NCBI GenBank assembly: GCA_963829055.1
Contig: CAWHHI010000004.1
Location: forward strand, 320,001 to 384,000
DNA from: an uncultured Gemmatimonadaceae bacterium
GTDB lineage: Bacteria; Gemmatimonadota; Gemmatimonadetes; Gemmatimonadales; Gemmatimonadaceae
Length of the DNA stretch: 64,000 bases
Reading direction: 5' to 3'
A model generated the notes under the pieces. That model saw nothing but the letters and a program-made list of their open reading frames with translations, made no database searches and was not told where the DNA came from. Each line of letters opens with the position of its first letter. The stretch's first letter is position 1. Made by a program: the position numbers and the translations under genes. Below are positions 23,813 to 36,965 of the stretch, piece after piece.

Positions 23813-25123
23813 TCAGTGAACATGTCCCGCCGCCTCCGTCGGTGTCGACGGCGACGGAGCGTTAGGCATCGCGACGCCATACCGGCCCATGCGGTGTACC
23901 ATCCGGCCTGACCCCGAGTCGGACGCCGAGTGACACGCTCCAGATGGACGAGGCGCCGTAGAAATCCTGCGGGACGAACGCCGAGGGGCTGATCTCCTCG
24001 CGCGGACGCGCATACGCGACTTCCGCGAATGGCGCAATGTCGACGCCGCGGACGGGAATCGGTAGGCTGAACGCGGCCGAGGCAATCCGCCACCGCGTTA
24101 TGCCAATGATCGAGAGGTCGGTTGGCGACCGCGAGTATCGAAACGGATCGAGCAGTCGCTCTTCCTCCGGGCGCGTCGTGTTCTCGAACCGCACACTCAC
24201 GGTCGCCGTTCGTACGGCTGCCGTGCCTTCGGCGAGGAACGACGTGAAGTCATTCGTCTGGACGTCGCCGAACAGCTCGTACGTTCGCGCCCACTCCACG
24301 AGCGCGCCTCGCAGTGCGCCGCGGTCGCGCTCCAGCCGCGCACCGACACTCCATTTGCGCTGATCGAGTCCGTCACCCGACGCCAACTCCGGTGACGTCA
24401 CCGATGCGAAGCTCCCCTCGATCTCGATCCCGGCGCGGGCGCTGACCGTCCCGCGCGCCGCCCATGAGTCACCGAATCGACTGGCGTCGGGCGGCGCGCC
24501 GGGGCTCACCGGCTCGTCGCCGTTGAAGAACGCACCCTCGAGCATCACCCGCCCTCGGCGCACGGCGCCGATGGCCACGTACCGCTCGAGTATCTGCGCG
24601 AGGTGGTGATTCACCGGGTAGGCGGCGAACGGGCGCATCATGGGATCATCGGTGCCGAACGGGACAAAGCCCTTACCTCCAGCGACTGATACCCCGATTC
24701 CCCCAAAGGTCCCGCTCGCCGCGACGATCGCTTCGTGAAGGTACGTATGCGGATGACGGCGGTCCGCATAGCCTTCGCCGTACGTGCCAGCGTTGAGCTG
24801 ACCGCGGTCGAGGGTCAGGCCCTCGAAGTCCAGCGTGAGCACCCCGCTCGAGGTGCCCGGACATGACGCTCCCGTGCGCCATGATCACGGGTTGCGCGAG
24901 GTAGCCCTCGGTATACCGGCGGTTTTCTGGCCCCGGATCGAGCCGGGTCACCAGCCCAATCGCCTGAGCTCGAACGCTGCCGGTCGCTCGCGAGGAAGAG
25001 TCGGGGGCCTCCATACCGGCCATGGTCCCCATCTGCGCGCGCGCTGGGGCGACCGACGCTGCGATCGCGCACGTGGCCATTGTGGCGATGACCGTGGTCG
25101 CGACTCGAATGTACCACCCCCAC
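23813..25123 (-). CDS. Secreted/outer-membrane hypothetical protein with Met/His-rich ends, frameshifted
   Basis: Signal peptide then AQMGTMAGM; EGYADRRHPHTYLHE; alternating beta-strand pattern; alternative-frame end HRMGRYG...GHVH. Confidence 0.6.
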
Positions 25124-25246
25124 CTAACGATCGCCGCTCATCCGAGCGTCGAGCGAGCGTGGAGCGAGTGTGCGGATGTCAGCGGAGCGACGGATATGTG
25201 AACCCCGATTCGGCAGTATCGGAACGCGCAGAACCACCGAAAGGTC

Positions 25247-25295
25247 GCGCCGGGCCACGACCGCCGAAAGGGCGAGGTCGGTCGTGGCCCGGCGC
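25247..25295. terminator. GC-rich hairpin downstream of the small minus-strand ORF
   Basis: GCGCCGGGCCACGACC / GGTCGTGGCCCGGCGC, a 16 bp perfect stem. Confidence 0.6.
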
Positions 25296-25303
25296 ATGGC
25301 TGC

Positions 25304-25522
25304 TTAGCCGTTCAACTCGTCCTCGTGTCCCGTGATGCGGTGCGATGACGTGCCCGTCTGCTCTACGTCAGGCTGCGTGGCGTCGTTCTTCTCCTTCTGT
25401 GACTGTGCGAACTCCTCCTTGTCATTGTCCATCAGCCTGGACTTCTCCTGCACATCCAGCTTGATGGTCCCGCCCGACTCAGGGCGCTTCGCTTTCAAGG
25501 CGTTCGATGGCTTGGAGCCCAT
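25304..25522 (-). CDS. Small charged hydrophilic hypothetical protein (72 aa)
   Basis: MGSKPSNALK...EDELNG; AGAGGA upstream of the ATG and a hairpin downstream. Confidence 0.6.
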   Translation of the reverse strand: MGSKPSNALKAKRPESGGTIKLDVQEKSRLMDNDKEEFAQSQKEKNDATQPDVEQTGTSSHRITGHEDELNG

Positions 25523-25830
25523 GGGTTTCCTCTGCGAATTGGGTAGTGCAGGCAAGGTCACGAATCATGCCGCCCATACTGCGTACGACCATCGTGCCTC
25601 GGCGGCCGAGCTCGGCGCTGTTAATCTCGCGTTAGGGTTGGAACGTGAGTGAACGGTCCGGTCCGGCATCGTGTCCCCACAGTCGATCACTGCTGCGAGC
25701 GCCCTATCCCACAATCGTTGCTGCACTACGTCGCACCGTCTATCTGCTCGGTTCATCCGCGCCGATCAGGTGTGTTCGAGGTGTCCATGGGACGCTGAAC
25801 AATCGGCGCACGAACGAAGGAGGAGCCACG

Positions 25831-28800
25831 ATGAAGCGAACACTTCGTCGAATTCTCGTTGCTGCCGCCGCGCTGACCGCACCACTGGTCGCCGCAGGTG
25901 CGCAAGCGACCGGCACAATCACCGGCCGGGTTACCGACCGCGCGACGCAGGCAGCGCATTGGCGACGCGCAGGTACTGGTAGTCGGCACGACTCGCGGGG
26001 CGCGTACGAACGACGCTGGGCAGTACCGACTCCCCGGAGTCGCCGCCGGTCCAGGTGCGCATCCGTGTCCTCAGACTCGGCTACGAAGCCGAGACGCGCA
26101 CGGTTGACGTCAATGCCAACGGGACCGCTACCGCCGACTTCGCACTCGGTGCGACGGCGACGCGCCTCGATCAGGTCGTCGTCAGCGCGACGGGAGAATC
26201 GGAGGTCAGGCGCGAATCGGGCAACAACATCGCGACCATTAATACGGATTCCATTCCGAAGACGGTCGTGAACGGCGTGAGCGATCTGCTGTCATCGCGC
26301 GCCGCGAACGTCATCGTGACGCAGACGAGCGGCACGACGGGCGGTGGCTCGCGCATCCGTATCCGCGGGTCGAACAGCCTCTCGTTGTCGAACGAGCCAC
26401 TGATCATCATCGATGGCGTTCGCGCGATCAGCGACGTGTCCGGCTCGACGATCGACATCGGCGGTCAGAATCCGAGCCGCCTCGACGATCTGAATCCGGA
26501 AGACATCGATGACATCGAGATCATCAAGGGGCCCGCGGCGGCGGCGCTCTATGGTACGGCGGCCGCGAACGGCGTCGTGCAGATCACGACCAAGCGCGGC
26601 CGCTCCGGCAAGACCAAGTGGACCGGGTACGCCGACGGCGGAACCGTCCGTGAGTCACGGCGTTTCCCGCCAACTTCGGCAGCGTCGGCCTAACGCCGAG
26701 CGGGCGTCGTACGACGGGCTGCAGCATCTGACGCCGAGCTGTCCGGGCTCTGCACGCCGAAGGCGGACTCGCTGATCAGCTTCAATCCGCTCGAGCAGGC
26801 CGGCCCGTTCGTCAACGGGTGGCGCAACGAGTTCGGGGCCAGCGCGAGCGGCGGAAACGAGCAGACGCAGTTCTACCTCGGCGGCGACTTCGGCCGCGAG
26901 CAGGGCGTGTACCCCAACAACGAAGTGCGTCGCACGCGGCATCCGCGCCAACCTAACGAGCCAGCTCGGCCCCAAGCTCGATGTCGGCGTGCACGCCGGC
27001 TACAACCAGGCGCGGCTCAAGCTGCCGCAGAACGACAACAACGATCTGAGCCCGATCGCGAACGGCATCTTCGGGAGCGCCGAGGATGATCCGGACCTCC
27101 GCGGGAACCTGTTCTATCCCGGTGAGCGTGATCAACGCAGATCTACACGGCGCAGAACACCGATCGCATGACGTTCTCGGGCAACGGCAACTGGCGTCCG
27201 CTGCCGTGGCTGAGCGTCGTGGGTGTGACGGGCCTCGACTACGCTGGGCGCACTGACCTGCAGGTCATTCCAGCCGGGCTCATTCCCGAGCCGGATCGCC
27301 GCGCGATCGGGTAACGCGACTTCCAATCCGTACAGCTTCTGGACGTACACGGCCAACGTGAACGGGACGGCGTCCTACATGCTGGGTTCGATGCCGCGTC
27401 GACGTCCATCGGCACGCAGTACAACAAGGAGACGGTGAACGGAACGCAGGCAGCGGGTGAAGGCCTCGCTGCCGGATCGAGCTCGGTTGCAGGTACGACG
27501 TCCGGATTCGCCGCCACGCAGCAGAACAGCGACATCATCACGCTCGGCGGGTACCTGCAGCAAAAGCTGTCGTGGCGCGACCGCCTGTATCTCACCGCCG
27601 CGGTGCGTGGTGACGACAACAGCTCGTTCGGCCAGGACTTCAAGCTGGTGTACTATCCGTCGGCGAGCCTCTCGTGGGTGATCGGCGACGAGTCGTGGTT
27701 CCCGAAGATCAATGCCATCAGCTCGCTCCGGCTGCGCGGGTCGGTCGGCCAGTCGGGTCAGCGCCCCGGATTCCGGAACGCCGTGTCGTTCTACCAGGCC
27801 GTCGGCGTTAGGCGCGAAGTCGGCGACGTCGGCGCGCTGGAGCTCGGCGCGAACATCGGGAACAACGAGCTCAAGCCCGAGCTGTCCACGGAATACGAGG
27901 GCGGGCTCGACCTCGGCATTCTCAACAGCCGCGTCTCGCTCGAGCTGACGTACTACAACAAGTCCACGAAGGACGCGCTCATTCAGCGTCAGCTCGCGCC
28001 GTCGACCGGCGCGCAGACGCGCTTCGAGAACCTCGGCGAGGTCACGAACAAGGGCGTCGAAGGCACGCTCAACGCCGCCGTGCGTCGACGCCGACAACTT
28101 CAAGTGGAACGTGACGCTGAACGGGTCGGTCAACAGCAACCGCCTCGTCACGCTCGGCGCTGGCGTCGACACGATCTTCCTCGGACTCGGCGCCGTCGAC
28201 GGCAACGCCATTCAGCGATTCGTCGAAGGCCAGCCCACCGCCGGCTACTGGCAGCGTCCGCTGATCTCGTGGCAGGACAAGAACAACGACGGTGTGATCA
28301 GCCCGATCGGTTGTGGCCCGACGTCGGCCGACGACACGCGCGGACTGCGAAGTGCAGATCGGCGACAACGTCGCCTATCTCGGCAATCCGCTGCCGAAGC
28401 GTGAGGTTCACTCTGAACACGAACTTCACGCTGTTCAAGTACTTCCGGCGTCGGCGGCGTGGTCGATCATCGCGGCGGCTACACGCTGTACAACGCCACG
28501 GAGCAGTTCCGCTGCGTCACGTTCCAGACGTGCCAGGCCGCGTACGACAAGAAGGCGCCGCTGGACGATCAGGCGGCGCGCATCGCGTCGCTGCTGGGCA
28601 CGGACGCCGGCTACGTCGAGGATGCGTCGTTCGTGAAGCTGCGCGAAGTCGTCGCTGACGCTGCTCGCGCCTAACGACTGGGCGAAGCGCGTCGGCACGT
28701 CGAACCTCTCGCTCACGCTCGCCGGCCGCAACCTCGCGACGTGGACCGACTACAAGGGCTTCGACCCGGAGCTGAACTGGAACGGCAGCTCGAACTTCAG

Positions 28801-28867
28801 CACGGCCGATTTCCTCACGCAGCCGCCGGTTCGCTACTTCACGGCGCGCTTGTCGTTCGCCTGGTAA
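25831..28867 (+). CDS. SusC/RagA-family TonB-dependent receptor, frameshifted
   Basis: AAGGAGGAG RBS; GTITGRVTD; IRIRGSNSLSLSNEPLIIIDG; LNPEDIDDIEIIKGPAAAALYGTAAANGVVQITTKRG; YPSASLSW; LKPE; FVKLREV; terminal FAW. Confidence 0.92.
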
Positions 28868-28902
28868 TCCTCGAATATCGAACCTAACGAGGATCGACAT
28901 AG

Positions 28903-30257
28903 ATGACTTCAACTCACGTGACACGCACGCGGGCGCTCGCGATGCAGGGCGTGCTGTTAGGCGCCCTGCTCGCCGCCGCGTGCGACCCGAACAAGGCGCT
29001 CGACGTCAAGGACATCGACGTCGTGCAGCCCGGCCAGATCAACGACAAGTCGGCGCTGCCCGACCTTCGCAACGGCGTGTTGTCGACATTCCAGCTCGCG
29101 TTCAGTGGCGGAGCCGACCTCGCCAACGGCGGCCACGAGGGCCAGGTGAACATGTCCGGGCTGCTCGGCGACGAGTTTCTGAACGCCGAGAGCTTCCCGG
29201 ATCGCGTGTCGCGTCGACATGCGCGACATCATTCCGTCGAACCTGTCGCTCGTCTCGCTCTTTCTCGACCTGAGCCGCGCCCGAGCGACCGGCGACTTCG
29301 CATCGACGCAGCTACAACACTCTCGACGCCGGCGCCGACGGACAGTCGGAGGTGCTCAGCCTCGCCGCGTATCGCCTACGTCCTGTTCGGCGAGAACTAC
29401 TGCTCGGGTGTTCCGTTCAGCACGGCTGACGCTCGACCGGCAACATCGAGTACGGGGATCCGCAGACTCGCGACCAGGTCCTGCAGACCGCCGTCGCGAA
29501 GTTCGACTCGGCCATCACGATCGCGACGGCACAGGAGAACGCCGACCTGCTGAATCTCGCGCGCGTCGGCAAGGCGCGCGCGCTGCTCGATCTCGGCCAG
29601 TTCGCCAACGCCGCGACGGCGGCCGCAGCCGGTGCCGACGTCGCTTCCAGTATCTCATTCGCAGCTCGTCGAACAGCCTGCGCCAGAACAACGGTATCTG
29701 GAACTACACGGCGAACACGCTTCGCGTTCAGCGTGCCTGATCGCGAGGGCGGGAACGGACTGCCGTACCTGACCGCGAAGGATCCACGTCTCGACGGTCG
29801 TCGCGACCGGCCAGCGCGGGTTCGACCGCGCGACGCCGTTCAATCTGCAGCTCAAGTATCCGGATCTAGCAGGCGAACGTCGTGCTGGCTCGACGGCATC
29901 GAGGCGCGTCTCATCCAGGCCGAAGCGGCGTTCCGCGCCGGAACGCCCGGCCCGGCGTTCGCGACGCTGAACGCGCTCCGTGCGATCGCCGGCCTCGCTC
30001 CGCTCACGGATCCCGGAAGCGAGTCGGCGCGCACGAATCTGCTGTTCCGCGAGCGCGCATTCTGGATGTGGGGCACCGCGCACCGCCTGGGCGACATGCG
30101 CCGGCTCGTGCGCCAGTACGCGCGTGCGCAGGACACCGTCTTCCCGACGGGCGAGTACCACAAGGGCGGCGAGTACGGCAGTGACGTGAACTTCCCGGTG
30201 TCCAGCGACGAGCGAAACAACCCGAAGTTCACGGGGTGTATCGATCGTTCCGCGTAG
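28903..30257 (+). CDS. SusD/RagB-family lipoprotein, frameshifted
   Basis: Lipobox [30 protein letters not shown] and HRLGDMRRL. Confidence 0.88.
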
Positions 30258-30259
30258 CC

Positions 30260-30666
30260 CGATCGTCGCGGATCGACGCGTACGGATCACTGCGCCTCGG
30301 CCGGTGCGAACTACGATCGGACGGATCTGTACTGCGAGACGACCGGACCGGCTTTGCATTCACGCATCTGCGGCGCTCGCGGCTCGCGTGGGAACGGCGA
30401 TGACGCGGATGACGCGGAAGAAGCAGGATACTGCTCGATCAGGTGTGGCCCCTCTCGCAACGAGCCGGGCATTCGTTGGGAACGGCCGCGTCGGGACGCA
30501 GCAGTCTCGACCGAGACGGCCGTTCACTCTTTCATCACGCCGCGGCGAGCAGCCAGCATCGATGCAAAGTCGTATCCGGCTCGTTTTCGCGTGTCAGTCC
30601 GCGACCAATCGTAGTTCCCACCGGCTACGGCGCATCGCATCCGTACGCGTCGATCCGCGCCGATCG
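30260..30666. repeat. ~410 bp fold-back element with long imperfect terminal inverted repeats
   Basis: Perfect 21 bp pair CGCGGATCGACGCGTACGGAT (30267-30287) / ATCCGTACGCGTCGATCCGCG (30639-30659); imperfect pairing extends about 130 bp. Confidence 0.8.
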
Positions 30667-30717
30667 CAGTCCTCGGGTTCCCGGTATCGCGCGTTCTCAG
30701 GTGTTGATTCACGCACC

Positions 30718-32234
30718 ATGACTGACCGGATTCGAACACGCTTCCTGATCGTTGGAAGCGGCGTCGCCGGGCTGCACACCGCGTGGCGCGCGTCGCAGAC
30801 CGATGACGTTCTCGTCGTCACCAAGCGATCGCTGTTCGACAGCGCGACCGCCTACGCGCAGGGCGGGATCGCCGCCGCGCTCGGCGCCGGAGATTCGCCC
30901 GAGCTCCACCGGAAGGACACGCTCGCCGCCGGCGCCGCGTTATGCGACGCCGCCGCCGTCGAGGTGCTCGTCGAGGAAGGGCCCGCGCGCGTGCGCGAGC
31001 TGCAGACCGCCGGCGCACGCTTCGACCTCGGCTCCGACGGCAAGCTCAAGCTCGGCAAGGAAGCGGCGCACTCGCGCAATCGCATCGTGCACGCGCACGG
31101 CGATCAGACCGGCGCCGAAGTCGCGCGCACGCTGAGCGCGCGCGTGCAGGAGAGCGAGCGCGTCGCCGTCTTCGAGAAGACGCGTGTCCTCGATCTCATC
31201 GTCGATCGCGGCCGCTGCTGCGGCGTGCGCGCGAGCGTCGCCGGCCGCGCGGTCGAGATCATCGCCGACGCCACCGTGCTCGCGACCGGCGGCTGCGGTC
31301 AGGTCTATCGCTACACGACGAACCCCGTCGTCGCGACCGGCGACGGCTTCGCGATCGCGCACCGCGCCGGCGTGAAGCTCGCGGACATGGAGTTCGTGCA
31401 GTTCCATCCGACCGCGCTCGACACGCCCGAGAATCCGCTCGCGCTCATCTCCGAGGCGGTGCGCGGTGAAGGTGCCGATGCTGCTCAACGCCGACGGCGA
31501 GCGATTCATGCGCGACCGGCATCGCCTCGCCGAGCTCGCGCCGCGCGACGTCGTGGCGCGCGCGATCTTCCGGGAGCAGGCCGGGCGGTCGGAAGGTCTA
31601 TCTCGACGCGCGACAAGCTCGGGATCCGGCTTCAAGAAGCGATTTCCCGGGATCTACGCGCTGTGCAAGGCGCGCGGCATCGATCCGTCGCGACAGCTGA
31701 TTCCGGTCACGCCGGCAGCGCACTACATGATGGGCGGCGTCGTCGTCGACCTCACGGGTCGCTCGTCGCTCAAGCGACTCTACGCCTGCGGCGAGGTGTC
31801 GCGCACTGGCGTGCACGGCGCGAATCGTCTCGCCTCCAACTCGCTGCTCGAGGGGCTCGTGTTCGCCGAGCGGGTCGCGCGCGATCTCGTGCAGACGCCG
31901 AAGCTCGCGCGCGGTGCCGCGCAAGCAGAGTTGGCGCGTGCCGCCGCTCGCCGATCGCGGCGCGGCGCAGGTGGCGGCGGACGAGATTCGCCTCGTGATG
32001 TGGGAATACGCCGGGATTGCGCGGACCGCCAAAGGGCTCAGAAAGTGCATTAGCAGGCTCGACGAAATCATGTCGCGACTTGCCGGAAGGCGCGACCGAG
32101 GAAGCGAACATGGCCGACACGGCTCGACTCATCGTGGAAGCTGCCCTCATGCGAAAGGAATCGCGCGGCGGGCACTATCGCAGCGATTTTCCGCGGGCGA
32201 AGCGCAAGTGGACGGGCGGCACATCGAGTGGTGA
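30718..32234 (+). CDS. nadB: L-aspartate oxidase, frameshifted
   Basis: [70 protein letters not shown] and [12 protein letters not shown]. Confidence 0.95.
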
Positions 32235-32281
32235 ACAGCGCTAGAACCACGCGCTAGTTCAGCACTCGGCTAGATTACGAC

Positions 32282-33312
32282 ATGGCTCTCCCGGTCCAGA
32301 CGCGTCCCGATCCCGCGGCTCGCACGAGCGGATTCGTGCAGCTCGCGAAGCGGACGGAACGCCGTCATCCTCGCGCACAACTACGAGCGACCCGAAGTGC
32401 AGGACGTCGCCGATTTCGTCGGCGACTCACTCGGACTCAGCCGAGAAGCCGCGAAGACCGAGCGCCGACATCATCGTCTTCTGCGGCGTGCACTTCATGG
32501 CCGAGACGGCGGCGATTCTCTCGCCGAACAAGAAGGTGCTGCTTCCCGATCTCGCCGCCGGTTGCTCGCTCGCGTCGACCATCGACGCCGATCAGCTCCG
32601 CGCAGTGGAAGGCGGAGCACCCGGGTGCCGTCGTCGTCTCCTACGTGAACACGACGGCCGAGGTGAAAGCCGAGAGCGATTATTGCTGCACGTCCGGGAA
32701 CGCCGTCGAGATCGTGAACTCGATTCCGGCCGACAAGGAGATCCTCTTCCTGCCCGACATGTTCCTCGGAGCGCACGTGCGTCGTGTGACTGGTCGCGAG
32801 AACATCCACGTCTGGATGGGCGAGTGTCACGTGCACGCCGGCATCGATCCCGAGCACATCGCGTTGCAGCGCGCGCGCATCCCGGCGCGGAGATTTCTCA
32901 TTCACCCGGAGTGCGGTTGCGCGACGAACGTCGTCGAGGCGGTGTCGGCCGGCGACATCGATCCCGACGGGCGTGCAGATCCTCTCGACCGAGGGGATGA
33001 TCCGGCGTCCGGCTGAATCGCCGGCCAGACGACGTTCATCGTCGCGACCGAAATCGGCATCCTTCACCGCTTGCGGAAGGCGAATCCAACGAAGACGTTC
33101 ATCGCGGCGAGCGACCGGGCACAGTGCGCCTACATGAAGGTGACGACGCTCCCCAAGGTGCTGCGGTCGCTCGAGCACTCTGGAGCATCACATCACCGTC
33201 CGAGGCGACGTCGCCGCGCGGGCGCGGCGGGCGATCGAGCGAATGGTGGCGATCGGCGGTCAGACGCCGCTCTCGCCAGCGTCCCGCATCCACGGAGGAC
33301 CCGGGTGAGTGA
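32282..33312 (+). CDS. nadA: Quinolinate synthase, frameshifted
   Basis: [50 protein letters not shown] and CAYMK. Confidence 0.95.
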
Positions 33313-33338
33313 ACTGGCCGGGCGCAGAGGAGCATGAG

Positions 33339-34285
33339 ATGACGACGCCAACCCCTAACCCGTCCTCGTCGGGTGATTCGTTCCGCGCCCCGCGGACGGT
33401 AACGCCGCTGTCGGTCCCGGCACTCAACTACGACCGGCTCCGGTTCCCGCTGACGCACGACCAGCTTTCATCGCTCGTGCGAGGAGCGCTCGAGGAGGAT
33501 CAGGCGTTCAACGACGTCACGACGATCGCCACTGTGCTCTCGTCGCGGCGCGCGCGTGCGTCGCTCGTCGCGCGTCAGGCAGGGTGTATCGCCGGCGTAT
33601 CGCTCGCGCTCGAGGCGTTCCGTCTGCTCGACCCGAAGATCTCGATGCGCGTCGACACCGAGGACGGCACGCGCGTGGAGAAGGGCGATACCGTCATCTA
33701 CATGACCGGCCACGCGCGCGCTCTGCTGTCGGCGGAGCGGACGGCGCTGAACTTCATGCAGCGCCTCTCGGGTATCGCGACGCTCACCGCGCAAGTTCGT
33801 GGATGCGGTGAAGGGCACGCAGGCGAGGATCCTCGACACGCGCAAGACGACGCCCGGGTGGCGCCGGCTCGAGAAGTACGCCGTGCGCGCCGGCGGTGGC
33901 GTGAACCACCGCCTCGACCTCGCGCGCGCGGTCCTGATCAAGGACAATCATCTCAAGGCCGTCGACGGCGATGTCGGCGTCGCCGTGCGTCGCGTTCGCG
34001 AGCTCGCGCCGCCGGGCGCGAAGATCGAAGTCGAGTGCGACTCGCTCGATCAGGTGCGCGCGGCCATCGAGGCCGGCGCCGACGAGGTGCTCGTGGACAA
34101 CATGCCGGTGGATACGATTCGCGAGGCGGTGACGATCGCGCGCGGACAAGGCGACGGTCGAGGCGTCAGGCGGCGTCACGCTCGACACCGTGCGCGCGAT
34201 CGCGGAGACGGGCGTCGACTACATCTCGGTCGGCGCGCTCACGCATTCGCCGCCGGCGATGAATCTCGCGCTCGACTTCGACTAG
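33339..34285 (+). CDS. nadC: Nicotinate-nucleotide pyrophosphorylase (carboxylating), frameshifted
   Basis: [37 protein letters not shown] and ISVGALTHS. Confidence 0.95.
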
Positions 34286-34291
34286 CGGCCG

Positions 34292-34994
34292 TCAGGTGGC
34301 TCCCGGAGTGGACTTGGCGGTCCACTCCATGCGCCACTGCTTCACGACCCATCCCGAGTCGGACCGCTCGACGCTGAAGGTGTACCCGCCCGAGCTGTAG
34401 CCGTCGTAGTTGTACCCTGCGGCCGCCTCGGCGCGGTCGCCGGCGGAGAGGTCGATCGCGCCGACGGTGTAGAGCAGCGCGCGTCCAGCGACGGAGCGAC
34501 CCGGCGCGTTAGGCGTGAAGGTACAGGTCGACGCCCGGCGCGCTGGCGTGCGTGGTGTCGGCGAGCCGACGCACCATCGCCTCCGACGGATCGGCGCGAT
34601 CCTGCGACGTCGACGCCTTCTTGAAGTCGTCGGTCGAGAGGCTCAGGCAGAACGCCGACGCGAGCGTCGAGAAGCCCGCGCGATCCTTCTCGAGCAGGTT
34701 GTGGAAGACGACCTCGCGAATGGAGTCGAGCACGGGCGACTGCGGGATGGTCGGCGCCGGACGACGCACGGGCGCCGGCGCGGCCGGCGGCGGCCTGGCG
34801 GTGCTGGCGCTGACGCCGCAGGTCGCGGCGCAGTAGTGTCGGCTGGCTTCGGGCGGCGTGAGGACCTTCGCCTTGACCTGCTGCGTGAGCGGCCGACGGA
34901 GAACGCGATCGCCAGAGCGCAAGGCGGATGGCGGACGGCTGACGGCGGATGCGGGAATGACAGCGAGCCAGCGGCTGAGCGAGTGATTGTTCAT
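34292..34994 (-). CDS. Hypothetical exported Cys-containing protein, frameshifted
   Basis: GC3-rich coding continues past 34509 in a shifted frame (YNYDGYSSGGYTFSVERSDSGWVVKQW) to a TGA at 34292. Confidence 0.55.
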
Positions 34995-35454
34995 CGAACT
35001 ACCTGGAGAAGGGAAGCGTGCTCGGCCGCACGGGACCGAAGCACGCCGCGGGGACGGAGATTCTCCGCCCCCGCGGCTCTACGCAGGATGACCGTGCGGG
35101 TTGTCCGCCTTCAAGGTGTTCGGTCACATTCGGATTGAACCGCGGCTCACCACTAACGGAGCGCGAAACGGGTGAAGCGCCGCGGGCATGCTCGAGACAT
35201 ACTTCGGGCCGTGTCCAGCTGATCGCAGCCGCTCATCCCAACGCCGTCGCCGGCTGAGGCCACGGCCCCGGCAGGATCACGGGCAAGGCTGCGGACGTCT
35301 GCGACATCTGCGGTCTCGGACCGCCTCGTCTGGCGCAACTGCAAGCTCACTGTGCACGAACTGTCGATCGATCGTCAAGAGTTGCGCTGACCTGTGACCG
35401 ACCCGACGTCGACGACTCGACAGTGCCAGTCGACGGCCACGCCATCATCGCCGC

Positions 35455-36311
35455 ATGGACTATCGCGAGCTGACCCCGGCTCCGGCGCTGCGGCCGATAC
35501 ATCCGGTGCTATTGGACCCTCCGCGCGCCGACGCGCCCGAGGCGTCGAGCCGCGCAGCGGGTTCTGCCGGACGGCTGCGTCGAGATCATCATCAACCTCG
35601 GCGCACGCAGTTCCTCCGCCACGACGCGGCCGGGCCGGACCGAGCGGCAGCCGCGCGACCCTGGTGGTCGGGCCGACGACGCGACACATGTCGATCGCGC
35701 CCACCGGCGTCGATTCGACTCGTCGGCATTCGCTTCGCCCCGGGTGGTGCGGTGCCGTTTCTGTCCGTCTCGCCGCTGGAGGTTCGCGATGCCGCGCCTG
35801 CGCTCGACGGACGTCGGCTTCGCCCTTCGAGCCGGCACTCGCCGAGCGTCTCGCGGCCGCGCTCGCCCGGCACCGAGGCCTCGATTCTCGACACCGCGTT
35901 CGCGCCGACGGCTGGACCGCGCGCGGCGGCTCACCGACCGGCGGGTCTGGCGTCCGTGCGCGCAGCGTTTGCCGCGACATCACCGCTCTCGCGTCGACGC
36001 GCTCACGTGCGCTCACCGGCTCGGCGCACGGCAGCTCGAGCGGCAGTTCCGCGACAACGTCGGATTCGGCCCAAAGACGCTCTGCCGGCTCGCGCGCTTC
36101 CAGCGCGTCGTGCGCGCCATCGAGCCGTCGAACCGGACCGTCTCGTGGGCGCGGCTCGCGGCGCAGCATGGGTACGCGGATCAGTCCCACCTCGCCCGGG
36201 AGTTCCGCGAGTTCGCCGGCACGACCCTCACGGACTACGTGCGCGAGCTTCATCCAATGTCCGATCACTTTCACACCGGCACCGCTCGGCGACGACCTGG
36301 CCGCCGGCTGA
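35455..36311 (+). CDS. AraC-family transcriptional regulator (DUF6597-type N-terminus), frameshifted
   Basis: MDYRELTPAPALRP, LPDGCVEI, GIRFAPGG, RQLERQFRDNVGFGPK and GYADQSHLAREFREFAG. Confidence 0.85.
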
Positions 36312-36453
36312 CGGTCCGCGGCGATGTCGGATTCATCCAAGACGACGCGCGTCGTCGGTAAGCTGTCTCGAGCCTGCCTCGGACGCGTGATCGTTCCCAC
36401 CGACCGTCGGGCCACGGCAAGCCGATTCACGTCGACTTCACGAGAGTGTACGC

Positions 36454-36940
36454 ATGCGTCATTCGATTCCGCTTATGGCCGTCTCGCGACGGGCGCCGCG
36501 ATCGGTGTTCACTCTGGGCCCGCAGCTGCACCGGCGCCACCGCTGTCCGCCATCGCGTTCATGACCGGCTGCTGGACCGGACCATCGCCGAACGGTGCGA
36601 CGATCGAGGAGCACTACAGCGAGCCGTCCGAGAACCTGCTGATCGGCATGACGCCGCTACGTGCGGACCGGGCGCGTGGTCGACTTCGAGTTCACGACCG
36701 TCGAGCGGACCGACTCGTCGTTCGTCATGACGCCACGGCCGAAGGGCGTGAAGTCCGACTGCTTCCCGCTCAAGGAAGTCTCCGACGGTCGCGCGACGTG
36801 GGAGAACCTGAAGCACGATTTCCCGCAGCGCATCATTTATCGGCGCGGGCACCGACGGCTCGCTCATCGCGCGCATCGAGGGAACGACGCCGAGCGGGGA
36901 GCGTCACATGGAATGGACCATGCACCGCTGCGCACGTTAG
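36454..36940 (+). CDS. Small secreted protein, DUF6265-like, frameshifted
   Basis: IAFMTGCW, IEEHYS, VDFEF and WENLKHDFPQRIIYRR. Confidence 0.7.
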
Positions 36941-36965
36941 GCGGGATCGGCGCGCACCTACCGTG

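Noticed and set aside
30260..30717. Known NAD+ (nadA-motif) riboswitch upstream of the nad operon
   Set aside because: I could not recognise the aptamer consensus, and the region is dominated by one long fold-back. An Rfam search is needed to exclude it formally.
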